Positions 14,206 to 28,200 of a stretch of DNA of 48,616 nucleotides are shown here, one piece after another. The translations under genes and the position numbers were made by a program. Position 1 is the stretch's first letter. Every line of letters starts with the position of its first letter. The notes under the pieces are model-generated. The model was given only the letters and a program-made list of their open reading frames with translations, was not told the DNA's origin and did no database searches. The stretch comes from Catajapyx aquilonaris (Eukaryota): the NCBI GenBank assembly GCA_000934665.2, contig JYFJ02002924.1, positions 1 through 48,616 of the forward strand, written 5' to 3'.

Positions 14206-17200
14206 TCCATTTTTTTGTGTAGAAAGTGGAACTTTTTAGAAGATGGGGGTGAGGTCAAAGGGGTCATGTGGAAGGGCACCCTCCCCCGCATCCCTTTGTC
14301 TTTTTCCCTTTTGTTCCCCGGTCCTCCCCCTTCGCCGTCTGAAAAATAGTGGGTCTGAGGGAGGGTGGGTTCATTCTCTTCACGGCGAGTGGGCACCGTC
14401 GCAAATGCCTGGATGATCGGGGAAGAATTGCGCCGCTTTTATCGGCTGGGGCAGGTCTTGGAGTTTAGTTGCTTGGGCTGGCTGCTGTCTGCATGTGCCC
14501 CTGGCTTGTCCCACTCTGGCGCCACTCTACTCTCCAATCCTCCCGACAATCTCCAGCCCAGAATGCCCTCTGATCTATAGTGCTCTGTTTTTTGTTTTTT
14601 TTTTTGAACCTATATAAAGCTGGATCAGAGAAAAACCAAAAACGAATTATGTACCACTTGGATGCTAATTTGACCTTACTGTACACACGCAAATAATTTG
14701 TGTACCAGCTTCAAACTTATGGTGTGCGTAGGTGTGGCAGGCAATCGACAGTTTGGTTCGATACCAGAAGTTTTCTCTGGTAAAAAAAAAAAAAGTTTCT
14801 TCTGGAGGGTGGTTTGGGAGAGCACGTGTCAATAAGTGGCGTGTGGGCCAGACCTGTGGGCAAGGAGGCCCCGAGGCGGAGGAGAGAAGTGACCAGCAAA
14901 TGGGAAAGTTCGGGCTTCTTCGGGGCGCAACCGACCTGACAGCTAGTCAGACACGTGAATCATTGATGAGGACGGGCGAAGGACGGACACTTTTGGCCCC
15001 CACCAACTTTGCTCTACCATCCGGAAAATATAATAACATATTGGGCGGAGAAGGGTGGAAGGTGTATATCGGCTAGAGGGAGAGTGGGAGGCGGGGTTGT
15101 GTCCGACCCTGCCAAAGACTCACACCGACACCTGAATTATTAAGCAGATCTCTTCAGAACGAGCTAGGTTTTTCTATAGCGGTACGTCTAAAACATAGGG
15201 CTTCGGACTAATCCCAGGTCGCGGTGCATGCACGTGCGCGTTCTTTTTGTCATTTTTTGATTGCCATTTCCTACCCTGCAATTATTGGAGTGTACGTGCA
15301 AGTTAGCAACAGTCTATAAAAATCTGGTGGGCAAACAAATGTTGCTTCAAATAATGACGTATAATTAGTCGAGTGTTGGTGATTAGATCATTTTTTTGGC
15401 ATAATCAGGTTTTTGCTAACAAATTCGACCTATTTTATAGTTTCGCTTAGGAAAAAGGGTGAAATAGGTCGAATGGAGGTTGGAAAAAAACTGGCGTTGG
15501 CGCAGCACGGCAGGTAGGTTTGTCCAGCACGCAATGTTTTGTCGGAGCAACGGGCAAATTGGTGGGAAGAGGGGAAAGAGCGCGTTGCGGCTGGGAATTG
15601 GCGTCATCGGCGCCAAGCAAGCAAGCAAGCAAGCCAGAGGGTTGCTAGGGCCGACACACATCAGAGTTTCCCAGTCCGAACTAGTGGAGATCGGACGGAA
15701 TGGCGTGTATGGCTCCCCAAGTCAAGCCCTGCCTGGGCTTACTTTACAAGGCTCTGCGTGTCCTGACCCCCGGACCCTTCGCCCTCCTGGCACCAGCCAT
15801 CTCCACCCACCCACATTTCTAACCCCCCAACCTTCTCACCTGAACCACCACCCAACACCCCTTTCGTTACGTCACTCCTTCGCCACCACACACGAAAGTG
15901 TTGTAGGGTAGGATCAACTCTGAATTCGTGTTTATCAGCGACATTTCATACTCCCAATCAGGCACATTCGCAATAGGTCTACAATTATTATGAGACACCC
16001 TGTAATATCTGCATGTAATAAGCAAAATATTATCATTAAAAGTCAGAAATTCTACGTTGTACAAAAATATTTAAAGATTAAATGCTATTATAGAGTAGGT
16101 ATATTAAGAGTGTTGGCAGAAATGCGCGTTGCTTTTAGGGTTAAACAGATGGCGCAGCAGGCAGACTCCTTACCCTCTCCCCCTTTTGCTTGGAACCCCC
16201 CCTCCCCCTCCCCAAAGGCTTTAATTGAAAGAAAGGTGAGATCAATACATTCCTTTCATTATTTATCAGGGGAAGAAGTTTATGGTTGACTCTGGAGCCG
16301 CCACCAAATTAAAGTTTAGCTACCTAATGTGCAGAAAAGTAATTTCCCGTTGTGAAATTTTCAGGTCCCCGCCGGTAAATAATTAAAACTGTGATCGGCG
16401 GCGTTCAGCCGGACACTTGTTTGAAAAGGGGAGGAGGGCGGGGAGAAGGAGGGGAGAAGGAGGGAGGGAGTGAAGGCAGATATCTCACGGGGATCAAGAA
16501 AGATGGCCATACAGTCTCTCAGATTTATTTATCACTGCGAAACCGAGGGCTGTAAAAATCAACGGCTCCAGAAAACTTGCTTAGCTGGGAGGAGACTATC
16601 CTGTGTAAGATTTGCAGCGGAAGATGCCGCGTAACCAATCACGAATATATTGTCGAATTATGATAATTAAAATTATTTTTATTTATACTCACGATTGGTT
16701 GTCAAACTGACTTAGGAACACACTTCCACTGCAATATTTGACTACTTTTCATATGATTATAACGAATAGGTTTTACACTCTCTCCACTAGAATTTGCAAC
16801 AAATATTCCCTGTTGAAATTGAATCGGAAGTACAATGACCTCGGTAATTTTTGAAAAAAAATAGTTGACAAAAAATTGATTCAGTGACTATAAGATCTCA
16901 CTGAAAATGTCAAAGTATCCACACTATGGCAGAAACTCACTAAAAATAATTGAGATTCCTCTAAAAATACGGAAATCTTCACAACAGCCATTATTTTTAA
17001 CCCTGCCAATTTATTCTGAAACTTGATAGTACAGCTTAAATTTATAGGTATATAAATATTATAAATATACTCTACAAATTATATCAGTACCGGTAACAAA
17101 TGCACGCATTATTTCCTCACATGTCAACCGTAACGTATCGGGCAATACCCTTTCCACACATCTAAAACAATTTCCCGACACATCCATCCCTCCTGAAAAA

Positions 17201-20200
17201 AAAACCGCCGCCTTTTTCTCTCCCAGAAACAGTTGAAAGGGGCCAAATGTGCCGGGTCGCCGGCAATAAAATCGAGAATGATGAGGGAAAGCCCCGCCCT
17301 CGCCTGATGAATTCATTCAGACCCGCGAGGTGTCATCCAGTGAGCGGTATCGACAACAAATCGCGGGCTTCCCCATTCTGTGTGCGGAAAAATCGGATTC
17401 GGCAGATAAGTCTTGGTCCCCCCACTCCTGTGCCTTTGGAAAGCTCCAAAGAGAAGTGAAAAAGGAGGCTGGGAAAATTTTGGGGGGGGGGGCCTTTCTG
17501 CTTTAGCTCGAGAAAACAAATGGCGCTGGGGCTGTCGGGATACAAATGGCGTATCCGGCGCGTCCTTGTTGGGATTAAAACCTCAAGTTTGGCGTCTAAC
17601 GGTGCGTGGCAAATTACCTGAGGGACAAGGAGCAGGAAATCCAAAGATTTATTGGCCAGAGACTAATTGGTGTCATATCGTGGGATCAATCAAAGGCCCC
17701 CCCAGGAGCTAATTGGAAGAACTGGAGGGGGCGGAATAAGTGCACGCCTGTCTGGATGTAAACAAATAAATAAATAATTCCGTACGGTTCCGCCTGACCC
17801 ACGGTACCTTTGCCCGAGTCATTATCAGTTGTTTGGAGAGCACGAGAAGGACGTGTGACAATGTGCGGGGGAGGGGCGCGACATGCACAGCAAACATTGC
17901 CTGATTTTTATGTTGAAGTGACATGGTGCGCGATTCCTATCTGACGTGTGGTCTTGCACGTTTTCTAAGGCAAAATTGCTCTAGATTTGCAGATTGCTGG
18001 TTCACCACATATAGACATTCACAGTCAGTGTTTGTCTTGGTATGTACGTATGTCAAAATGTTTGAAGGGCTGAATAGTGGCCGATAGTAACGATAATTGC
18101 TCGAGTAGTTTTTCTGTCTTACTCATGTGTAGCATATAACGTGATCAGCACACCAGGTAGGCTATAACAAGGGGCCGTGTGAAATAGAGTCATTCACAGA
18201 TGATTTTAGAATGACTCTAAAGGTTTCCCCCTCTCCGCCAATCTGCGAGCTGAGCTGGTCACGCAGAGGTAAACGGACGGAGGGAGATTAAAGGGCGTGT
18301 GCTGACCACGCAATGTCCAGCAGGCGAGAAGAGACGAGCGTGAGCCCCCAGGCCTCCCTAGCTTCTGCTGGTTGCTGGCGTGATGTGTTTGTGCAGGGCT
18401 TGTTGGGTTGGGTAGGGCAGAGTGCAAGCTGGTGTCAGGAAGCGGCGTGCCAGCTGACAAATCTTGCGGTCATGATCCGCGGTGCCCATGAATCCCCGCC
18501 ATTAATCGGAGGCTCTAAAAAAGACAAATGTTTGCCAACGCACGCGTCGGAACTCGGCGCTTGAAGAGTTCATCTGGATTTCTCTTAGGTTTCGAGCCTG
18601 CTTTTGTCATCCGGACTGGCAGGCCAGGCAGCTCATTTTGATCGCTGGACTAAGTTGGTCGCCAACCCATCCGTCCGTTCTCTTTCCCCTCCCTCCTACC
18701 CACCATTCCCTCCCCCGCTTTCCCCTCCCGACCCGACGTGCAAGAGTTCGTCTGCATTAATTCGGACCACACGCTGCACGCAGCCCACTTTGCCTTCATC
18801 CCGTGTGCAATAAAGCAAATCCAATTCAATTTCGGACAATGCACATTCCGCACTTGCTAACTTTTCTACCTGTTTTAGGCTACAACAGTTCCAGCCCTCC
18901 GGGGCATGTCACCCGCATGGAGACATAAAAAAAATATGGGACGTACAGTATGTGCCACTCTATTAGTGCACAAGAGAAGCCACGCCATATGAATTATATA
19001 AAAATATGGCGGTGTCTTCTGGAGGAAATGTTTCCACCTATATGAGCCTTAGATATGCGGAAAAGGCCAGTTAAATTGTCGATTGTATACACGTCGGCTG
19101 TGGATGTGCGAAGAAGCAGTGTGGCTTTGCATCCCAAGGAGGCCCGTGTAAGTGCTAATGATGTCGAGGAATGAAGACAAGCACAGAAGGTAAGGTGGGC
19201 ACAGCAGCACAAGCATCAGGCGCGACAGCAGCATCAACAGCAGTGGCCTCTCCTCTCTCGCTAACTCCACCCCCTCCTCGTCTTTCTCTTCTTGAGGACG
19301 CCACAGATGAAATTAGAATTCAACACATGGAAACTTTATGGATTTCCCAAAGCCCTGCCGCGACATATTTTTTGGTTTCCGTTTGAACCTGTCATGCATA
19401 TATTTTCTGCGAGTCAGCTGGTGTGCATTAATATGAAAGGAGAGTTTGTGGAGAGGGGGAGGGAGGGCATGGAGAGGGGGAGGGAGCGAGGAAGGGACAC
19501 AGACCCGGAGAGAGAGTGAGAATGGGCGAGGAGAGGAGGATGGCGAAAATATGAAAATAGTGAACCTTCTTGTCTCTGACAGGCTTTTAAAGGCTTTTCT
19601 TGCTTGCTAATTTCCCAGTTTCTTTGCTGGCTGCTGCGTAATCGAAGCAGCTGCGACGAACCCACGCCTTTGGAAAGCTGGAAAAATTGACGTCTTGTGG
19701 AGAGAGAGAGAGAGCTGCCCCAACATCCAAAGACCCCATCTTTCACACCAACATACCAAGCCTTAGCTCAGATTAGAAAATGAGTTACTATCCAAAAGTT
19801 TTCTCTTATGAGGCATTATCAATATACTTGCAATATATGAAACACATTGATTCTTGTTCGCATGAGTCCCATATGTTTTGGCATAAGTCTCAAATAAGTT
19901 CTGGAGCAGTAAAATGTGTCCTCTCAGCCTGCTGGAAAAAATAGCTTTCTAGAAGAGTGAAGTTTAGGTGCTTCACAGTTATGCGATATATTTTTGTCAT
20001 GGAGATCTCGTAAATCCATGTGCATATATAGGGGAGGAGACGCTGGTGACGAGGGAGAGATTGAGCTGAGCGGCTGCTAATAAAGGACGAGGGTTCCCAA
20101 AGTGAGCGATGGCAGAGTGTGCGAAAATGCAAGGAAGCTCCAGGAGGGATGCGATTTATTGTCTCTTCTTCGGTTCCCTTTGCTTGGATGGAAAAAGCAG

Positions 20201-23200
20201 GCTAATAATCTTCAGTTTTCTTTTTTCTTTTGAGAGTAGGGGTGGGAGCTAGACTCATAGCCACAGCAAGCCAGCGCACTATCCGGAGGCTTGGATTATG
20301 AATTTGTGTGCCCCGAGATGAAATTGAAGGCAGGTTTGGGACGGGGGGTGGGAGAAGAGTAACCGGTAGTGTATCATCAGTGCTCTTCTTTAAATTTACG
20401 CCGCTCTTTTATGAGTCTCGAAAAGCAGTGGGAGCGTAGGGTTTGAAGTCGTAAACCGGCTGGCTTTAGAATAAGATCCGGCCTGACCCCTGCACGCGCT
20501 TGTTTTTTGGAAGGCGGAGGCCCAAAGGTGATTGCGGAGGCAAATAGGCTGGCGATGATTTACCAAACCCCCACGCGCCTTGCCAAAATCAGCACTTCTT
20601 TAGTACGCATTACTCCGATTAGACTGCCCCGATATGACACGATGCCATTTGCAAGGTGGGTGTTGACACCTGTTTTTGCTAAATACACCGCCTTAACTCG
20701 AGCAACAACCATTCTCAGCAGGGTCGGTATGCGCGCAAGTTCCTTACATTCTAAGCGAAAGAGCGTGCGAGTTAAGAGATGAGGTACGGCTCCGCGGTTG
20801 TCCCAAAGGCATGACGGGGCTTTTCCTATTACCTTGTATGTGGCCTCCTTTTTAACTGCAGAGATGACCCCGTAAAACTCTCCCTGGGCGTCCCCCTGGA
20901 GTTATGTGGGTCATCTCTCAAAATGGCCCAAAGTGTTCACAAATTGCAAACACTTGCGAGGTCATGTTTTTTGGGGCGGACGAATAGGCCGCGACGCCTG
21001 GCATATTAGCGAGCCCAGGAAGAGTAAGCGACATTCTTGTTGCCTTCTACATCTCTCTCTACCCCCCAACAACACTGTATACATCAAACATTTTTTGGGG
21101 GGTGTGGGAACGTTGTTTCCTTCCAGCCTCCCCCTCTCTGGACCGCTTCTTGCCTTAGCCACATGCCCGCCGCCTCATAAGCATTAATACAGAGTGCCTG
21201 CTGCTGGTGGTGCGCATGTTTGCGGCCACAATACATAACGGGCCGAGTCAGCAAGGCGAGCGCCTCATAAGGAATGCTTCAGCTAATTTCTTAAGGCCGG
21301 AATCTTTGCTTCCCCTCGCAGTAAATATTACATGGATGATTAAAATGAAAGATCCTGCCGCTTCCTCGTCTTGCAATCCCCTCCAGCGCGCGAGCCCCGC
21401 AAAATAACATTAATACGCAGCATTCCTGATAATCTGGACTATAGAGACTCGTGGAGGCCCCTTTTTCGTATATACCAGATGAGACGGGGGCCTTGCCCCA
21501 GCTTCCGACATGTTGGCAACGTCGCAAACAGGTGTGTTGATACCCCTGCCACGCGAACGGATCAGGTGCGTTCCTGCGACTGTTATATACAATTAAATAA
21601 TTTGTTCATATATTTTAAAAATTGAACGCAGTGTTGCCGTTGCTTGAAACACCAATTTTCTCTCCCTCCCATTCTGACATGATGTACAGCATGATCCGGA
21701 ACGTCCTCTGGGACGCGACCCTTTTTCCTGCCTCCACCCCACTCTGTAGGATGCTGCAGAGTGGTGCCAGTGGGGTGAGGTGGGCTTGCTAATGGAAGGA
21801 AAGCCGGTCCCCTGTACCCCGTGTGTAAGGGAGGGTGAGGGTTCGGTGCCTACCCGCGGCTGCGGTTGTTTCGCGGCGGAGGTGGGCCAGCCCACTTTTG
21901 CCGCTCTTGGCTGCTCCGCTTCCTCTGAGCCCGGGTCCTGCGGTGCGCGATACTTCGCTCCATTACGTGCCCCCCCTCTATTTACTTATGAATATTGGTT
22001 CCCCATCCAGAGCGACCCCGACTAACAGCCAGTCCTCTCATGTGGCCGGTAGCCAGCAACGCCAGGGACCTAATAACATACACACCGGAAATAACCAGGG
22101 GTTTCGCACCGAAAACCATCATGGAGAAAACTGAAGATCAAACCCGGCACCAGTTGAGAGAAGGAAGGAGGGATTGAGGCAGGAATTTCGATTTCCCGCA
22201 GCTGGAGGGAGATGGAGACAGACGGACTTCTTTTTCCGGATATACCATCTCCAGAGAGTGTATCTTCTTCTTCCGTCCTTTTTTTTCGGGACCGAACTCC
22301 CGGCGTCTTAGTCAATATCCTGTCATCAGTGACCAAGGAGCTGACTCACTTGGCTCTTTCTCCTGACTGCTGGAAGTGACTTGTGAGGAAGATGGAAAGT
22401 GGGAGCCTGAAACACCTGATTATTGCACAAATGTAGGCCTATATTATAAGCATTGTTGCAGGTTTTATGAGAGAGATTGGAAGTGGAGACACGTAGGCCT
22501 ACTGAGCAAAGTTTACGCCATGAACGTGATGAGCGAGAAGCTAACTTCACTTGTGATATCTGGAAAATGCAATTTTCGAAGCTTGAAGCTAGTCCAATCA
22601 GAAATTCTGTGGCTTTTCCTTTTCCCAAGGACAATTATTGTTTCCTTCTTGCCAAGAGTTTCGCCATTTAAACAGATAGCTACATATACCCATCGATTAG
22701 CGGCAATTCTACTGCCTCTTTTTTTTAAAGTTGCGCGAGCTACAACAATCCTTATTATCCTTCTCTAATGGAAAGCTCCGAGAGCAATCTCATTAGCCGC
22801 TGCCATCTATCGCAAGAGCCGAACATCTACTTGTTAGCCCTTATTTATGAGGCATGACCGGAGGAAATAAAGTTTTAAAAAGCTGACCCCCGTCGGGCTG
22901 TTTGGCAAAAGAGGTATCGATTGCATTGGATGCTGGGTCAGGGAATGAAGAAGGGGTGGGTGGGTGGGTGGGGAGAATTGGTTAGGATGAAGTAAGGGGA
23001 GGGGGACGGCGTATTGGGTGAACAATCTATTGATGCTGCTTCGTTAGGCAACTTGTAGCTGTTTTTCGCCAGGCTGATTCCGTCCACCAATCAGTGAGCT
23101 GGTCCACTCGGACTAACAACTTTTTTACAAAATCGCGGATCATTATTTGCGACCAGTTTGTCGCAAATGCATCGATCAAAATTCAGAAATTGGCTCAATA

Positions 23201-25224
23201 CATCGTCGCAGAAATGTCGTGGAAATTGTTTGTAAAATTGGACTCCATCCGTAATTCTGATATATCGAATCTATCCTGACTATTTGAAAATTGTGTTTTG
23301 ACAGCGACATTCCAATTGCATCCAATAGATTATTCTGTGCCATACTGTCCATTTCTGAGCCGAAAATGTCTGTTGCATTCCTGCAATTCGGCGAGTACAA
23401 GTCAGGAGACTTGAACGCGCGAATGTGGGAGCATCCTCGGTTCAGAGATATTTTTTTCCGAAGGTAGAGTCCGAAGAAAGGAGATGGAAGGACTATAGAA
23501 AGGAGAGAGAGTATAGTGGGGACTGAGAGGAGCGGGTGTTTCCAATAAGGCAGCGGTGGCGACGGGCTGGGGAATGGAACATGTCCGGCGGCTGGGGGAT
23601 GTTGGGCGGTTTTTGGAAGTTGATGAGATGGGAAAAGTGGGTTTCGAGTCCCTGCAGGCGGCGAGTGGAGCAAGCAGGTGCCTCAAGTTGCATCCAGAAC
23701 AGGATTGGTTGCTTCTCTCCCGGCGTTTTCTCCAATCCCTGCCTCTCCTGCCAAGCCTCTCTATTTCTCCCTCTCTAAATCTACGCCACCCTGGTTCTGC
23801 CCTCTTTTGAACCACACCCTGTTTCCTTCGTCATAACGTGTCAACATCCTGCCACCCTTTGACTTTTAAAGCAAAAATAATAGCCTATAAAATCATTTTA
23901 TTCCACTCAGATAGTCTCGTAAATAGTTATTGTTATTATGATTTTTATCTACCCCCTATACTCGACAAGCATGTTTGACTCTCAGCGGATACAAAAAAGC
24001 GGCTCATATTTGCATGGTAATAAGTGCGATTGATTTCTCCGACTCGTACAAGTGAATAGACGAAAGGAGAATCCATAAGTCTGAAGGTGGAGAAGTAGGA
24101 ATCTCTTCTCCCGGAGACTAATTGATACAAATTAACTCGGATGTCGCTTGTAAATAAAAGGAGCTAATTAGAACCTGCAGATTGTATCAGGTATCGCTCA
24201 TACTTTACAAAGCGAAATTTGCTTCCCCCCTGATTCAATAGAGGCCTCCGTCACGGGACCAGGATCCTTGATATTAAGACATCGATGCCTACAAGAAAAA
24301 AAAATGTCTACAAATTTTTTACTCGCTGTCGTATAGTCTGGTTCCCTCTGTGCAAAGAGTGCGGTCGCCAAGGAAGCATTACCATGTAGCGCTCGTCACA
24401 TTCTTTTTCGATAATCCGCGTTCGTTAGCGAAAGAGGTGGATTGAGCGCAATTAGTGCCGAGCATTGATTTGCAAGCTTTGTGCAGATGGAAAAGGAGAG
24501 GTCGTTACGCAGATTTTCTCTCCTGGCAACTGGCAAGAAGCGAGGAGTTTGCACACATCGCCGCCACTCCCTAGGAAAATCCAAGTCGTTTCTCCCTCGT
24601 CCGTCCTTTTTCCTACCACCCATCCAACCCAGCGTCTCTCCCTTGGCACTTTTTCGCCTTTGTGCGCGCCCAAATTGCCCAAATTGGCTGCCGGTGGCTA
24701 CGACGACGTCAAATTAGAACCGAGCTGTGGGAAACACCCGAATGATAATCACTTGTTACTATGTACAGTGCAGTACAGCGCCTGAGATTGCGCGGCATCC
24801 TCCCGCGCGGACTTTAATATCGGGGAGGGGTCCTTTTCGTTGGAAGGCAGCAGCAGGGGAGGCTGAGAAGGGAAGGGGGGAGGATTCATTCCCTCCTCCC
24901 CCCCCCCTCCTTCCTTCCACAAATCCCCGAGCCAGCCAACGTGTCGGAAATTGGGTTCCAATCGGATCTGGCTCTTTTCGCACCTGACCCCTCGGATGAC
25001 CTCCCCGAGCACTAAATCCTCCCAAATAATAATTAAGACCTTGGGTTTGTGTGATGGGAAATTATGGCGCGGAGACGGAAAGGATCCCAAGAACTCAATT
25101 ATTGCGCCACGTTTTTTTGACCGCTTTTTGGACAAAAAAAAATGATCTGAATATTTCGAAATTCACTGTGCACATATAAAATAGGTTGTGTCATTTGTTG
25201 TTTGATTTCTGGTAGCGGTTTCAC

Positions 25225-25291
25225 TTGGACTGAAGAGTTGTTACCAGCCACTGAAACGGTTTCAGTGGCTGGTAACAACTCTTCAGTCCAA
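25225..25291. repeat. Near-perfect palindrome: 33-bp arms, 1-nt centre
   Basis: TTGGACTGAAGAGTTGTTACCAGCCACTGAAAC (25225-25257), G, then its exact reverse complement (25259-25291). Confidence 0.95.
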
Positions 25292-28200
25292 TCAACTGTT
25301 TAGGAAAGGGTAGGTTTTGTTGCGAAATGATGGCTGAACAAGGGAACGGATTCGGACAAAAATCGCACAGTAGGTCAATCACATGTGTAGAATCCACTGG
25401 TGAAAGTAAAAACATGCACTTCGCAGCCATTTTCGAGATATGAGTGACGACAGTGTGAGGTCGTGCATCGTTCGCTCTATTAAGATGGCCTGATATTAAC
25501 TCCGCAAATCCCTGAACCCAATTGGTAACCTAACCCGAAGCTAACGTAGCTGAACACCAGAAAATGCCTGGTAAAATTGGTCCAGCGTGCGTAAAAGTGT
25601 GATGGCCGGCGGCTGATTGGAAGTTGGCAGGGGGTTGATGCGTGAGAATATGGGTCGAATGAGTATAGTTAGCAGAATCATGAGGGATGGGGGAAGGAGG
25701 GGTGGGATGGAAGAAGAGGGATGGGGAGGTTTGGAATGGAGGAGGAGAGTTTGAGGGGATGAAAGGGCGCATTCCTGAGAGGCCAGCAGCTGCCCCATCT
25801 TGCTTCCTTCCCTTTGCCTGCCCACTTCTCCTTTCCGTCCGCCCGATTAACATTCCTGATGTGGAATTGCCCATGTCAGAGATTAAAATCCCAGCACGGG
25901 TAGGAGGAGTAGGAGGAGAAGGCAAAGGGGAGGGAGTGGGTAAGGGAAAGAATTAGTCTGAAGGCGATATTGATTCCCGGCAGTGTTGAAAGGGGCCTCA
26001 CTTGCCTCTCCATGTCCACATGCATCTTGCCCGCAGGCTCATGTATTCCACTTCAAACAAGCCTACCAATCTCACAATTGGTGTGGCACGCGCCTCTCTA
26101 CCTTAGCCCCCAGCTTTGAAGTCCCGGACCAGCAGTCCTCTCCCCGCCGAGTTGGCTGCAGTTTAAGAGTTTTCCAAGTTGCATAAAGCCCAAATTTACG
26201 GGCCTGCATTTCCGAATCAATTCGAATTTAATTGGATACATTTGCATATCTACAGTTGTAATATTTTTATTAGGCAAACTACTACGGAACTCTTGTTCTT
26301 ATCTGGAGACTGAAGTGCGTCAAGTTGAAAAATATAGCTTCCTCTGTAAGGTAATTTTACACTCGTCTATGAACTGTTGTTAGTTATTTCTCAGAATTCA
26401 GCAAGTTTGATCAAACACATATTTCGGTTGGCATCTTATTTGCTCTCTAATGATACACAATTTTACAGTACAAAATTATGCTCCAGTTCATTCTTCAAAT
26501 GGCTTCAACCTCTGTAATGAGCCTCAGTACATATTTCACTACCTGCGTTGCGTTACGTAACCACTTCGATGCAGTTTTAGTTAAAGTAATTATTAATTTG
26601 GTGGTTTGTCAGAAAGAACGCATGAACGGATCTTGCTGAATAGAGCGTTGGAAGAAGACAGAAGCGCGTGTGTGCTTCCTGGCTTTCAAAGCGGTAATCT
26701 TGGAGAGCTAATTTTATATGCCGTAAGAGAAGGAGAGGGGGAGGGCTGGTGGATGCAGGGGGTAGAGGAGGTGTCGCGCTGGCGTGTCGAAAGCGAGACA
26801 AAAGACATGCAAAGCCATTCTTCGCCGCGATACAAACATCAATTAACCGGGTAGCAGATAATTGCAAGGCAGTCAGGCAGGCAGAAGCCCGACGATGCCC
26901 AAGCAATCCAAGCCTCAGTAGACTGATACCAAGAGGCGCCTCCAGCCTATACACTGGCTGTGCAGATATAATATCCCCTCCTTTCCCCACCACCCCCTCC
27001 CCCCCCACGCAGGTGCGCATGGACTTCTCTCCCTATTGTAAGGGTATGAATATGAATCAGACACTTTTGTCTTGCCTCCGCCCGTATTGAGTTTCTCTAA
27101 GGAAACTGGGACGCTTCTTCCAGCAGAACAGATAAGGCTTCTTCCACTCCCAGTTCTTCCCTCCCTCCCCACCCCAGCCTTCCACCAAAACGCGAATAAT
27201 TAAAACTTAACCAACTTCTTCCCTGTTTGGTTAACCTGATGTTGAATAGAGCGCGCTGATTTATTTTTTTTCTCCTGCTTTGCATTGGCAAACGGGCGGG
27301 TGCAGAGTGGGGTGGGTTTGAATGAAGCCTCGAGGTACAAGGCAGGTATCATCCCAAAGAAGGTAGGGGAGCCCATTAAACTATGCTGATTGGCAAAACC
27401 CTTCCTCCACTCCCTACAGGGTGAGCACTGTACGGCCAGATGTGCCAGATTTCGTTACATCACCTTGTCCCCCTTGAGGAAACACAATTTAGTAATAATA
27501 AGACAAACTCATCCGCAGAAGCATTATTGATAATTGTAATAATTTGTAAAAATAATTTGCTTCATCTGAATTCAAAGCATTGTACACTAAAAATATTTAG
27601 TTGAACAAATCTACAACCTATTGTTTCTATCAGTGTACATATGGTATAATGCTTGGTAACATCATGACTGTAATGAGACCATTTTCCATATTTCGACCCC
27701 CAAAAACCGACCCCTACGAGAGGTCCCCTTCTCCCCTCTCTTTTCCGTCCCCTCACATGTCCACTCACTCACTCACTAGGACACACATGTGCGGGAAAGA
27801 ATGGGGCTGCGATCCAATTGTCCCTGTGGAGCTATGGGAATATTGTGCCGCGTGCACGCTCACTGATCTGGACTTCATTAGCAGACTAGGTATTCGGCGA
27901 GTGGAAAGCAGCGTTTTATTTTCCTTTTTCATCCGCGCACAATCGCTCAGCAAGACGAGCGGGTGGAAATATATATAGAAAGAGAGTAGAGGGGGAAAAA
28001 ATCAGCTGGTTTACTGACACATGAACCGTGAGGCTCCGAGGGTTTGTGATCGTGTTATGGGGGCCTCTCTGCTGACAAGGAGACGGATTCGCCTTTGGTT
28101 CTTTACGCACGGTCTAATGTTAGCATGGACCAAAAAATACACGTCGAGCAGAAGATTTCGTCCAGCGATGTTCCTAGTGTTTAAAATCAAGCAGCCGGTT

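Noticed and set aside
14755..14765. Pol III B-box-like GGTTCGATACC
   Set aside because: No properly spaced A-box and no cloverleaf; not a tRNA or a supportable SINE.
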